A stretch of DNA of 64,000 nucleotides from Camelus ferus (GCF_009834535.1 NC_045696.1:30072001-30136000), one strand, 5' to 3'. Positions 23,071 to 36,800 are shown, counted from the stretch's first letter. Program-made: numbers and translations. Notes: generated by a model not told the origin, from the sequence alone.

Positions 23071-26000
23071 TTTTTCCTGTATGTTCACATTATCTTACAA
23101 GTACTGAGAAAAGATTTCAGAAGCCATGTAAGTTTTGGAATGGTAAAGAAAGCTGAAGCCATGGAAACCTTGGGAGACCAGGGGCATGGGCAAACTTAGG
23201 AGCCTGGCAATAGAAACCAAATTCTGAATATTCAGAAACCAAAGGATAAATAGGCAGAGATGAAATAGAAATTTGGATTTTTTCCCCTCTATTCTTGGCT
23301 AATGTGTTGGGTATGCAGAAGGGCATTGGCACAAATGACATTGCTTATAGAACCCAGTAATTGTGGCTAATCAAGCTCTAAAAGATTAACCAAAGGAATT
23401 CTTGCTCATCCTCAGAGAACATTAGTTTGTCCATTGCTCTGTGCACCAGCCTGATATTATATAGTAAACTGGAAGGTCAAAATAAGCATCTTTTAATGGA
23501 GTTTTGTCCTTGTTTGTTGATGCTTCTACTTGCTTACTTTCCATACTTTTCCAGGCATTTGCCTAATGGATTTGGGATATTGACAGTAGTAGAGCCATGG
23601 ATTTGAGCTGTGCAGAGTAAATACCTAAATGTTTATTTGTTCTGTGCACACACTAAGAAAGTAAACATGGGCATCTTTTAAAATCATGAACAACTACAAC
23701 AGAGCAACTCTGGTTCAAGTAGAGACTAAATCATCCTTTAAAATAGCAGAACAAGTAGGCACAGAGCTTACAGGTACTTGGCCATTTTCGCATTGACTAC
23801 GGCCATATAGTTCCCCAGACATTGCTCCTTCAGTTTGGTGTGCCTTCTAAGCATGTTACCCTTTCCTATCCTAGAAATACTTCAAACAATATAATCTAAC
23901 TCAGAAGATAAACTTCTGCAAATTTCTATTTTTCTCAAGTTTTATTGTTAATCGCCCGATACCTGCCAGTTGAGGGTGTGCTGAATGATGCTCAAAAGCT
24001 GAATTATTTCCTTTCCATTTCTTTTTGCCTGTGCCTCATTAAATTATAGTGTAGGAGAAACAGCAACATAACGAAGGCACACAAAGATGTATTGGAAAAT
24101 CATAAGGAAGAAAGATGAGATGACAACTACAAAAGGAGGATAACAAGGGCAATGTAGTTAGAAAAACAAGTGAAGAGAGAGATGATCACACTTTTAGAGC
24201 CCCTTTTCTTTGTGATCACTGCCAGCTTCTCTCTCGAAGTAGCTGGCTTCCGAATAGCATATTTACCTTTGGGGATATATTCACACATGACTTCTGCCCT
24301 GAATTTCTGCTCGTTCATTTAACCAGGAACATTTTGTTTGGATCATATTCAGCCTTTGCTCATTAAAAAAATAAATGACGTTCACATGTACCCAGAAAGT
24401 CATGGCATATAACGCTAATGACTTTATAAACAAGCTCCATCCACCTCACCAGGATAATCAATGTTATAGTGACAGTGGGGAAAGAAGGAAGAACCCTTCC
24501 AATTAATAATGAGACCTCCCGTTTTGGAAAAAAAAAAGCCTCTTAAACTTTGTGTTTTACATTAACAATTTGTGGCCAAGGGAATTAATTATTTAATAAA
24601 CCAATATACTTATTAATATCACTAAGAGTAAGAGCTCATCCTTCACAAGAACACAAATAGCAGATTCTGGAATTGTAAATTTCTGTGTTCAGAGTATGTA
24701 CATTTGACCTTGTAAAGTCCAAAAATATGCTTGTGATCCACCCCTTGAGACTGAATAAGTTGTATGAATTCAACACATAGTATCCTAACTTAAAAGCATA
24801 CTTTTCAATTCCACAAAATAACGTTACATCTCAGGTATAACATCACATTATCTATTCTATCTATCTGTCTATCTATCTGTCTACCTTTTATATATTAATA
24901 CAATGCAATGCTCTACTTTCATAAAAGTATATTGACAAACCTGTCTGATTTTTCTTTCTGATGGTGACATATTCAAAAACCTGCATGAAGGGGATTAATC
25001 TATGTTGTTCTGTTTTAAAGTTTTCCTTACCCATTAATGGCAGTGTTTTTAACTATATAAGATGCTGCAAAGATTGATGATAAAATGCTTGACAGCTGTT
25101 AGGAGTCAAGCGAATATATTTTTTCTTTCAGAAAGAAACCTGAACACCAGGGATCCTTCTCCTACTGCTACTGTCTTTTGGTGATTTAAGTGCCCTGCCA
25201 TCACAAGAGAAGGCTGACATTGTTGGGCTGGTGGCTCTTTCATTTAATTTTTTTTTATTTTTTGACAAGTAATGTTCAGAGTTCCCTTTTTTGTTACTGT
25301 TCAGGTGAGGCTCTCTAAACAGCAGAATAAAAACTGGAAATACAAGGAGAGTTTTGATTATTTTTTTCTGACTGTTGGCTTCTTCTCAACAAAGGGTGTT
25401 TGGTGGAGGAAGATTATAATTTAAATTTTAAAAATCCTCTGTGAAGTTTTCTTTTAGAATAAAATTATTTACAGTTTATTTGGATGATCTTATTTTATAC
25501 CTTCGATCAACATGATAATTTAATCATGAATATATTCCATCAGTTTATTGGTTTATAAACTTTAAAAAAAACTATTAAGATTGACAAATTATCTTGATCA
25601 TCATAAGCAAATTGGGAACAAAGATGAGTATAAATTTATTTTACTCATTCATTTTTGTTCTCCTTTCCTGACATAAATACTAAGATGAGAAGTATGATTA
25701 CTTTGTATTTGTGTTTGTTTTCAGACATAGAACATAGTCACTTCAGAGTCAACCAGTTCTACTGCAAGCTAAATGTTACCTTAGGCCGTGAGATAGTCTA
25801 TTTAAATGTATACAACTTATGAACATAACTTCTCTTTCTAGCGCTTCAAATGTATGAATTGCCTAGGTGTCTTCCATTAAGCCCCATCTTTTCCCTCTGC
25901 ACCCTCTCTCTTTGCAGTCTAGCCTACTCTCATATTTTCATCAATACTGTCAACTGTCATGATTCCTAGGACCTTCTGATTCTCCTCACTGGTTGCCCAG

Positions 26001-26767
26001 GAGGCAAGCAGGCAATGTCTGAAACAGCTATCAGGAAATTACTATTTGTGACTGGACCTCTGATCCCAGAGTTCCTTTGTCTAGAACTCACCAGAAATTT
26101 GTCATTGCCAATGCTACAAAACATTCCGTTATCTATCTACCTATCTTGTGTATTATAGATGAATGTGAAAATCCAAAACATTTCCATGATGCTTATATCC
26201 AAAAGAAGGGGCTTTCTAAACATAAACATCAAACATATGAGAACTTCTACAAAGAGAAAAGGCAATAAGGATTTACAGATTATCTCAGGGCAGATCAGAA
26301 AATCATGGACCTCATAATTTTGCAAAAAAAACCCAAAAAGCCCAAGGCTACTTGCATTCTGAGTTCCTCTCACAAATGATGTTGATGCTAACATATTGGT
26401 GGCCTAAAGTTTTCAATCTAAATAAAATAACTGAAATCTCAAAAATTGGATGTCTTTACAAAGTACGTGATTTGACCGTAGCCCCACCACTGTCACATAA
26501 CACTTTTGACTCATATATTCATAAATATTACATAGTATAAAGTCTAAAAGTAGAACTCATTCTTCTTTTAGTGGGTTAGAATTATACTTCTTCAAGCAGA
26601 AAGAAGTCAACCAAGTAATGTCATAATTAAAGATACGTGAATTAATCATTTTGCTATTTGAAGAATGTAGTGAACAGAAAGAGAAAGATGTTAGACTGAG
26701 TTGGGAGAAAGTCACTGAAAGAAGGAAAAGTTCCAGTTTTAAACTTTTTATTATGCTTCTTAACTGT

Positions 26768-27326
26768 TGTGGCAGATTACATTTAAAAAAAAAATAGCTG
26801 TAACACCATCTCCTACCCAACCTGTTCTTACAATGTGATCTGCCACTATTCCCACTGAGAAGTAAGGTCTTTCTTTTTTTCACCTTGCTTCAAAATGGAG
26901 GGTTATGATTGCTCTGGCCAATAGAGTATAGCAGGAATGATACCATGTGACCCATGAAGCTAGATAATAAAGAGAATAAAAGATCCACATGATTTTCCTC
27001 TGGGAAACTTGCCTTTGGAGCTAAGCCACTACATTGTGAGGAAGCCCAAGCTTGGCCACAAGGGAAGATCACAGAGAGGAACTGGGGTCCCCAGCCAATA
27101 GACACCATCATCTGTCAAACATATGTTTAAACAAATTTTCAGATAATACAGGCCCCAGCTTTTGAGTCTTCTAGTCAAGGCCCCAGGAAATACAGAGCAA
27201 AGACAAGACATCCATCTGATGTTCTGTCTGAATTCTTTGCCCTAAGAATTCTTGAGCTCAATAAGTCATGGTTCTGTGCCATTAAGTTTTTAGATAATTT
27301 GTAATATCGCCATAGCAATTAGAACA
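26768..27326 (+). mobile_element. MaLR solo LTR (MLT1G/H-like)
   Basis: tgtggcagattac...ctggccaatagagtatagcagg...gtgaggaagcccaag...gccattaagttttt...catagcaattagaaca. Confidence 0.85.
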
Positions 27327-30300
27327 CCTGCCTCCTCTTAAATGAATAAAGCATTAGAAGCAGTGATGAGAGTCAAGTTATTGGTTGATTTTACATTTAG
27401 AGTGACTAAGTGTACATTTAGAATTATGTGCCAGATGTTTTATTTGATGATATGTACATGTATTATTAATAATCTTTCAAACTGTGTGAAACATAGCAAA
27501 AATTAGTAAACAATCTATTTGTATTTACACGTCTGTGATTGTGTGTGAGTGAGTGAGTGGTCACATTGCCATCCACAAGGAACTACATTACAGTGTGGGT
27601 ACCTTGACCCACACTGTGTCTAGTCTTGGGTTTCTGTGTCCAGACCACAGGGTCCCTGTATAGGCTGTTGCTCTTATTGTCACAATCTGCCACTCTTGGT
27701 CATGTGGAAAAACACTGGGCTGCTCTCTACACTCATTCACAGAATGTGGGTACTGTCTGAGGAGCTTTTCCCAGGGAGTACCTGTTTTAAAACTCCCTTA
27801 AACTCTTTGTACAATTCTACTTTGTACTGATCTCGGTGGCAATGGTGAAGAATACATAGCACTGGCCACATTTCCAGTTCTTAATAAGCTATCTGATTTA
27901 ATTTCTGTCTGTAAGAAATTTTGGAGGAAAAGCATTTGAAATGTTTGATTTACTCAAAATGAATATTGAAAGAGAAGAGAAAATACTGTTAGGATAATTA
28001 AGGAGGAAATGTACAAAAATCAGACTTGTAGTAGAACACAGTTTTAGAACAGAGTTATAGAAGAAAATACTGTAAGTGTTGATGTATGTTTTAAATAAAT
28101 TGAAGTCAATTTGAAATGTGAAATTCTTTAGCTGCTTATAGCACAATCCAAAATGATTTTATAAAGATATTTTTTCTTTTTTTTTCTTCCACAAATGAAT
28201 TTCCCTTTAGGACTATGTTAATTGGAATCTCTCTTTTAATGAGTCAAGTAGCAATAATAACAAATATTTTTTGAGAAATAAGAGCCTGTATGCTAACATT
28301 TCTCCCTAAATATCTTAATATTTTTCTCTCATAATTGCTGAAATATCATGTCATCAAAAGGACAAGTAGCTCAAATGTTAACACTGAGTTTTAAGACACA
28401 TTTTACATATGGTTGGAACCTAGGTCTGAAGGCACATGCTCTAAAGTTAACTTATTGAAAGAATGGTGTCACAATTAGGAATGGGAAGAAATTAGCCTTA
28501 ATGACAACTTTTCTAAGAACACAAATCTTTGAACATGATGTATTTTAAATTTCTTTTACTCTGGAAGATAATAGAACTTTTAGTGAATTTTCAGAACTTT
28601 AAGTTAAAATTAAATCATACTGAATTTTCAGATGTCTGTTATAACCCACACTTATATATGTATTGTATATATGTAAATATGTATATATGCATATGTATTT
28701 TTATACATATATGTGTACATACACACATGTAATATTTTGAAGGGAATCTTCAATGTTTTTGACCAGTTTTTAACAATATACCAAAGAATGGAACTCATTA
28801 TAGCTTCTCAAAAATTTGAGTATTTCTAGGATTTGCAATAAACACAGATGTATTTATTTTGATGATTAGATATTTAAGTAAATGCAGTTAAGTTATTTGA
28901 ATTTCTGATTACACATTCAAACCGTATGAAAACACAAACTGTATGAAAAGCATATCCCATCTTCTATTATACATTTTTCATTCAACAAACACCATCAGAA
29001 CAGAGATTCTCATCCTGAGACTATGAGTTGTCATTTAGAGAGATTTACGCAATTTTTCTCCATGTGAAACTAATTCCTCATAGAAATGAGAAAGTATTTT
29101 CTTTGTCTAACCATTTGATCTTATACTTTACTTTAAAAAGCTTCCCCAGAAATGTCAGTTTTTTTAATTATTGTTTTATTATTGTTGGTTTATAATAACA
29201 GTTGGGTCATCTTGAAAATCATGAATGATTTGAAGAAACAGTTAAATACTGGGATAAATAACTGTTTAATTCAACTCTATGTCCCAAGAATCTAAGGAAG
29301 AAAAACAAATCAGAAAAGAATTTGCATTACTATTCAATGAGAAGTAATGCAAATTGAGATCCATTTAATTTAAAATACTTTTATGTGAAAGATAAACTGA
29401 GAGATGAAAGAGTAATTTCACAAACACAGATGACAAGTGGTGTTGTAATTAGAAAGAACATGTGTATCAAAGAATGTTTCTTCTCTGTATCATTTTGAAT
29501 GTGCTAATGACATTGGAACCATGCATTAAATACTGAAAAAAAAATAGGAAATAATGTCATGAAGAACAAAATGAGGCCATGTGTATACAGGGATTTTCTT
29601 CTCTTTTTTCCCCCTCTTTATTTATTTTGGTGACAATTTAATAAGAACTTAGGAGAGGTAATGAAAGAAAGCAGAACCAAGAATTTTATTTATATTTGTG
29701 CTAATGTGTTTAAGTTGATAAATTATAAAATCAACACCTATTTTTGAGTATGGTTCTATCATGCAAACAGAACTACTGTAACATGTTGTAAGATATTCAT
29801 TATAGGTATTTGTCTTCCCCAGTTGTGCGGGGTGGTTAAACAGTCCAATTCAAGCTCTTGCTCCTGCTTGTTTTATTGAGCCTGAAGTCAACAAGGTCAG
29901 CAGTAGGAAAGAAAAGTTGGATGTGACTTGGAGGAGAGCAATGACAAACTGGAATTTGGGAGAGTCAATCCAAAAGGATGAACTGGAATCTATGTGCCCC
30001 TCTCTCACCTCCTGCAACCTTGATGATAGGGGTGATATGCAGAGTCTGCTGTTGACCTTTATGAACAGAGCTGTACACATACCTGGCTCAGAACCTGTAG
30101 AAACAGGAAGGAAGGAGGAAAGGAAGAGGCAAAGCTGCAGGCCCAGCTGCGGCCCTAGGGCAACAGAATGAGCTAACATTAATGACAACCTTCCTAAGTA
30201 GCAACACTACTTGACTCCCTATCAATGAGGATAATAACCTTTTCTCTCCAAGAAGGAAAAAATGGTTTGGGGATGCAGTGGGGAACAAAACAAAACAAAA

Positions 30301-30403
30301 CAAAACAAACAAAAAAACCCTTATTACAATAGTTGAAACTGTACCCTGTAACTTACAAGGCTCATAAGGTAGAAACAAAATCATGCACCAAAAACAGCAT
30401 GCT

Positions 30404-30942
30404 TGCTATTTACAATAGCCAAGACATGGAAACCACTGAAATGTCCATGGATAGATGATTGGATAAAGAATTTGTGATATATTTATACAATGGAATACTA
30501 CTCAGCCATAAAAAGAGTAAAATAATGCCATTTGCAGCAACATGGATGGACCTGAAGATTGTCATTCTAAGTGAAGTAAGCCAGAAAGAGAAAGAAAAAT
30601 AACATCTGATATCACTCATATGTGGAATCTAAAAAAAATGAACGTATTTCCAAAACAAAAACAAGCTCACAGATACAAAAAACAATCTTAGGGTTACCAG
30701 GGGAAAAAGGAGATGGGAAGGGATAAATTGGGAGTTCGAGATTTGCAGATACTAACTACTATATATAAAATAGATAAGCAACAAGTTTCTTCTGTATAGC
30801 ACAGGGAAATGGTTACTTCAAGATATTGAATCTTATAATGAAAAAGAATATGAAAATGAACATATGTATGTATATGTGTGACTGAAATATTAAACCATAT
30901 GCCAGAAATTAATACAATATTGTAAACTGACTATACTGCAAT
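30404..30942 (+). mobile_element. 5'-truncated camelid L1 3' end
   Basis: ORF2 C-terminus (tatttacaatagccaagacatggaaac...gccatttgcagcaacatggatggacc) and 3'UTR cagatactaactactatatataaaatagata; closely resembles the copies at 12026 and 60628. Confidence 0.95.
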
Positions 30943-31028
30943 AAGAAAGAAAGAAAGGAAGGAAGGAAGGAGGAAGGAAGGAGGAAGGAAGGAAGGAAGG
31001 GAGGAAGGAAGAAAGGGAAGAAGAAAGG
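30943..31028 (+). repeat. (GAAA)n/(GGAA)n purine microsatellite at the L1 tail
   Basis: aagaaagaaagaaaggaaggaaggaagg... directly after the L1 end. Confidence 0.95.
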
Positions 31029-31047
31029 GACTAAGCTTGTTTTGCAG

Positions 31048-31485
31048 AGTACCAGGGAAACCACAAATACAGAAACAACTTGCTAATAGCCCTTTTGAGC
31101 ATCATTCAGGTGGACTGAGGGATTAGGATGACTAATAATGAACTTTAGACATCACTGTATGTTACATAAGGAAACTCCACCTTGGCAGATTTGCATGTGT
31201 AACCCACGAAAAGGCATAAAGAGAGTTTACTCCTGAACAGAGTACTCTTGAAATATACAAATTGCTTTCCACCAATCGTTTCTGAGCCCCCTCCCCCTTC
31301 TACTCTGTGCTTCCATGATAAATATACCACTCAACAGCTAATTGGAGAGATAGATGTGAGCTTTGCCGTCTATCTCCTTGCTTGGCCACCCTGCAATAAA
31401 AACTTATTCTCTCTGCAGAAGACCACTGCCTTGGTATTTGGTCTTGCTGTTGCACAGCAGGGGAGGGGCCCACTACTTGATTACA
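31048..31485 (+). mobile_element. ERV1-class solo LTR
   Basis: U3-R-U5 layout: CCAAT 31272-31276, TATA-like gataaatata 31317-31326, AATAAA 31395-31400, ends ...ttaca; family not assigned. Confidence 0.7.
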
Positions 31486-32329
31486 GTCTTTGGTCATCCA
31501 AAGCTTAACCCAGCTAGACAAAGTATTTAAGGGTCAATTAGGAAAAAAGAAGTTAAAAAAGACTCCTATGGAAGGCAACAATGAAAAAAAGTATTGAGAA
31601 ACAGCGCCTACACTAGCCCTTAAACATAAACATAGAGATTGCTTCACTTCTGCCTTCCAAATTCCATGCAGATTTCTACAATGGCCAATCCAAAATTGAC
31701 ACAGGAGTGAGGCACCCTGCTTATGTAATGTGAAGTTCAATACTTCTAATATATCTGTACTACAGTGGAAATATCTTAAATTTGGGGACTTAATTTCAAA
31801 TCCACATCTATACTCTGAGCTAGTTGTCTGAAACTGGGTTTGGTTATGTGGTATTCCTAACCACAAAATAAGAATTATATTGTTGCTTCTGTTGTGAAAT
31901 TTAAATGAGGTTCCACCGTGAAAGCACTTGCTGTAGAGTGACATTAAGGTGAGTTGATACTTAGAGCTAAAACATTTACTGTATGCGATATCATGCTAAA
32001 CATAGCCCTTTAATAACATCTAAATGTTAGAAAGGATTTGAACATTTCTAATTCTCCATTATTTAGGATAACTCTTTCACTTTACAGTGGTGGAAACTTG
32101 TTTACAGATAGGGTAGGTAATTCAGCCTCGCTGGGCAGTGGTAGAATTCTAGGTATCTCTTAGATGTCTAAAATCTCGATCCAATTGTTTACAATTAGAT
32201 AATCTGTTTCTCATAAGATTTTGAATCACTTTTTAAATTATACTAAATTATGTAGTTTTCCTTCTTTAGTATTTAAAAAGAATATTTTCTTTGGATGTCA
32301 GGCATATGATCAGAAAACAAGGGTGGCAG

Positions 32330-32540
32330 ATGGTCTGATATTAAGAGTACAAACTTTGCAGTCAGAACTAGATTCCTCTGATCAAAGTTTCACAGTTTAC
32401 TGCTCCATGATCTCTTCCAAATTACTTCTCCTTTTTAAGCTTCAGTTCACTTATGTAAAATGTGTGCAAAATAGGGAGATGAGGAAGGTCAACATTTAAG
32501 ACAATGGCAAACAGTAAGCTCTTAATAAACATAGCTATTA
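32330..32540 (+). mobile_element. MIR SINE
   Basis: ttaagagtacaaactttgcagtcagaac...aagcttcagttcacttatgtaaaatg...cagtaagctcttaataaacatagctatta. Confidence 0.7.
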
Positions 32541-33279
32541 ATTAGTTTTGACTTTTGTAGAGTTTTAGCATCAATGTGCTAATGGCAGCAAAACATGTTT
32601 GCTTGATGAGAACCTAGGGAGCAAAATTTTGTGTGAGTTGGTTTAAAGAACTAATATTATGCAAAAAGTCATGTCCTCTGTGAATTTCCTTAACTCTAGA
32701 GATACAACAGCTAAATTCAGAAAGCCAGTAGTGCAAGACATTTGAAAGCTAGTAGAGCATGAGGCCAGACAAAAGATGCATTGTTATGTGAAAAGCTGGC
32801 TGCGGAGGGTATCAGTTGAAAAATTATTATTCAAGCTGAATGATCCATATGATATTGCATTGCATTGTCCTGACAAAGACTTCCTAAAGTAGATTTTGTT
32901 ACAGGACCCTGAAGAATTATTACTACACACTGAAAGATGCAGGATCTTTACAAGGATAGAATTATTAGAATTCCTTCACAGTGATCAGGTGATCTCAAAC
33001 TTGCACTGAAAAGGATTTCCTGAATGAAAGACACTTGGCTATTAGTTTTGTTTTAGATTTCTCAGGGGGCAATTACATTATATTTGATTTTATCATACCA
33101 GACTTTAACACCTTCCTTTGCCTATGTTAGCACTTTTATCAGAGAAAGGAAAAGAGCAGTATTTTAATCTAAACATGTCTTAAATTCCTTCTATGCCAAC
33201 CTTTCCAATTCTTTTCAAAAACTTTCACGACTACAGATGTATAAGATTGTACTAATATATACTAGTATTTTCTAGAGCT

Positions 33280-33470
33280 ACACGTTAGTGTCAGGAGAGT
33301 TATATACTCATATTATTTAATATTCACAACAGACTTACTGTTATCATTATCATCTCCTTTTACATTTAAAGACACTGAAATTGAGGAGGCAAATTCATTT
33401 ACCCCAATGTCATATGAAGAGGAGAAAGAATTTAAATCCAGGAACTGTTGGTACAAACCCCAACACATAT
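33280..33470 (-). mobile_element. MIR SINE
   Basis: ttatcattatcatctccttttacatttaaagacactgaaattgagg...gaatttaaatccagg. Confidence 0.65.
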
Positions 33471-33839
33471 CTGCCATGTCTCAACACACCAGTCACTTTT
33501 TTTTTAAATTGAAGTATAGTTGATTTACAATGTTGTATTAGTTTCAGATGTACAACATAGTGATTCAATATTTTTATAGATCATTTTCCATTTACAGTTA
33601 TTGCAAAATAATAGCTATATTCCCCTGTGCTGTATAATACCTCCTTGTTGCTTATATTTTTATATAAGTGGTTTGTATCTCTTAATTCTGTATCCCTATC
33701 TTGTCTCTCTTGCCATCCCTCTCCCCACTGGTAACCACTAGTTTGTTCTCCATATCTGTGAAAGTGTCTCTGTTTTGCTACATATATTTGTTTGTTTTAT
33801 CTTTTGGATTCCAAATATGTGATTACATAGAGCATTTGT

Positions 33840-36800
33840 CTTTCTCTGTCTGACTTACTAAGCATAATATTCTCTAGATCCATCTACAAATAGCAGAATT
33901 TCATTTTTATGACTAATATTCTATTATAATAGAATCCATTTATAATTTATAATCCATTTAAAGATAATGGAATATTACTCAGCTATGAAAAAGAATGAAA
34001 TAAAATATATATGAAAGAATAATACGTGTATTATACACCACATCTTTTTTATCTGTTCATTTGTTGACAGACACTCAGGTTGGCTATTATACCTTGCCTC
34101 TTACAAATGCTGCTGCTGTGAACATTGGGGTGCATGTATCTTTTTAAATCAGTGTTTTTATTTTCTTTGGATATATACACAGGAGTGGAATTGCTGGATC
34201 TTATGGTAGTTCTGGTTTTGTTTATTGAGGAACCTCCATACTATTTTGCATAGTTGCTGAACCAATTTACATTCCCATCAATACTGTGCAAAGGTTCCCA
34301 TTTTTCCCACATCCTTGCCAACATTTGTTATTTGTGGTCTTCTTGATGACAGCCATTGTGATAAGTGTAAAGTGACATCCCATTTTCAAAAAATTTCCAT
34401 TTCTCTGAAGATTAGAGGTGTTGAACATCTTTTCATGTGCCTATTAGTTATTAGTATGTCTTCTTTGGAAAAATGTCTGTTCAGGTCTTCTGCCATTTTT
34501 AAATTGAGTTATTTGTTTTTTGATATGGAATTGTATGAGTTGTTTACATATTTTGGATATTAAACCCTTATCAATCATGTCATTTGAAAATACTTTCTCC
34601 CTTTCAGTAGATTGTCTTTTCATTTTGTTGATGGTTTTCTTTGCTGTGCAAATGCTTTAATTTGGTCCCATTTGTTTATTTTGCCTTTTATTTCTTTTGT
34701 CATAGGAGACAGATAAAAAATATTGCAACAATTTATGTCCAGTTAGTCTCCTGCCTATGTTCTCTTCTAGGAGTTTTATAATTTCAGATCTTACATTTAG
34801 GTCTTTCATCCCTTTTGAATTTTTTAGTTTATTTTTATGTTTGGTGTGAGGAAATGTTCTACTCTCATTCCTTTACATGTGGCTGTCCAGTTTTCCTAGC
34901 ACCACTTATTGAAGAAACTTTGTTTTCTCCATTATACATTTTTGCCCCCGTTGTTGTAGATTAGTTGACCATAAGTGTGTGAATTTATTTCTGGGCTCCA
35001 TATTCTAATCCACTGATCTATATATCTGTTTGTGTGTATGTGTGTGCGTGCGCGCGCCTGCATGTGTACGTGCCAGTACCATGCCGTTTTGATTACCATA
35101 GCTTTGTTGTACTGTTTAAACTCTGGGAGCATGGTACTTCAAGCTTTGATCTTTTTTTCTCAATATTGCTTTGAGAATTTGCAGTGCTTTGTGGTTCCAT
35201 ATAAATTTGAGAATTATTTGTTGTAGTCCAGTGAAAAATGTAATGGGTGTTTTGATAGGGACTGCATTAAATCTGTACATTGCTTTGGTTATCTTTTCAT
35301 TTCTTTGCATAATTTTCAGATTTCTTCAACAGTCTGTTACAGTTTTCAGAGTATAGGTCTTTGACCTCCTTGGCTAATTTTATTCCTAAGTAATTTATTC
35401 TTTTTAATGCAATTTTAATTGAATTGTTTTGTTTGTTTGTTTGTATACTTACTCTTTGTGATAGTTCATTATTGGTTTATAACAAAGGAACTGATTTCTA
35501 TATATTAATCATGTATCTTGCAGCTTTGCTGAATTCACTTATTAATTCTCATAGTGTTTGGTTGGAGACTTTAGGGATTTATCTATATAGTATAAATACC
35601 TGCAAATTCTGACAATTCTTCTTCTTTCCTTTGGATTTGGATTTGGATGCCTTTTATTTATTTTTTCTTTTCTGATTGGTGTGGCTAGGATTTAGAAAAC
35701 TGTATTAGATAGAAGTGGTAAGAGTGGACATTCTTTTCTTAGTCCTGATTTTATAGGAAAGATTTTCAACTTCTCATCTTTGAGTATGAAGTTAGCTGTG
35801 GATTTGTCATCAATGACCTTTATTGTGTTGAGAAATGTTCCCTCCACAACAACTCTGATGAATGTTCTTATCACGAATGGACATTGAATTCTGTCAAATG
35901 CCTTTGTGGCACATATCGAGGTAACAATGTGATTTTTATTCTTCCTTTTGTTAATGTGATTTATTATATTGATTAATTTGTGAATATTGAAGCATCCTTG
36001 AATCCCTGGAATAAAACCTACTTGATCATGGCATATGATACTTTCTATGTACTGTTGAATTTGATTTACGAATATTTTGATGACGATTTTTGAATCTATA
36101 TTATTCAAACCTATTTGCCTGTAATTTTTTTTCTTGCGTCTTTGGTTTTGGTGTTATGGTAATGGTGACTTCATAGAATGGATTTAGGAATGTTTCATCC
36201 TCTTCAGTTTTTTGGAATATTTTGAAAAGGATAGTTATTATCTCTTCTTTATATGTTTGGTAGAATTCCCCTGTGAATCTGTCTGGTCCAGGACTTTTGT
36301 TTACTGGAAAATTTTTAATTACAAATTTAATTTTACTACTAGTTATCTGTGTCTTTGGATGTTTATTTCTTCCTGATTCAGTCTTGGCAGGTTGTATGTT
36401 TCTAGAAATCTGTTTATTTCTTTTAGGTTGTCCAATTTGTTGGCATATAACTATTCATAATATTCCCTTATGATTTTTTGTGTCTCTGTGGTATCAGTTA
36501 TTATTTCTCCTCTTTCACTTCTCATTTTGCTTATTTGGGTTCTCTCTTTTTTTCTTGATGAGCCTGGCTAAAGGTTTATCAATTTTGATTATCTTTAAAA
36601 AAAAAACTCTTGATTTTATTGATCTTTTCTATTTTTTATCTTTATTTATTTATTTTTTGCTGATCTTTAGTATTTTCTTCTTTCTGCCGACTTTGGGCTT
36701 TGCTCTTCTTTTTCCTAATCCTTTTAGGTGATAGGTTAGGTTGTTTATTTGAGATTTTTCTTTCTTTCTTTTTTTTTTTTTGAGGAAGATCTGTATTGCT

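Noticed and set aside
32540..33050. Possible CR1/L3 reverse-transcriptase remnant
   Set aside because: Only a faint resemblance (YVKSWLRR); too diverged to call without an HMM search
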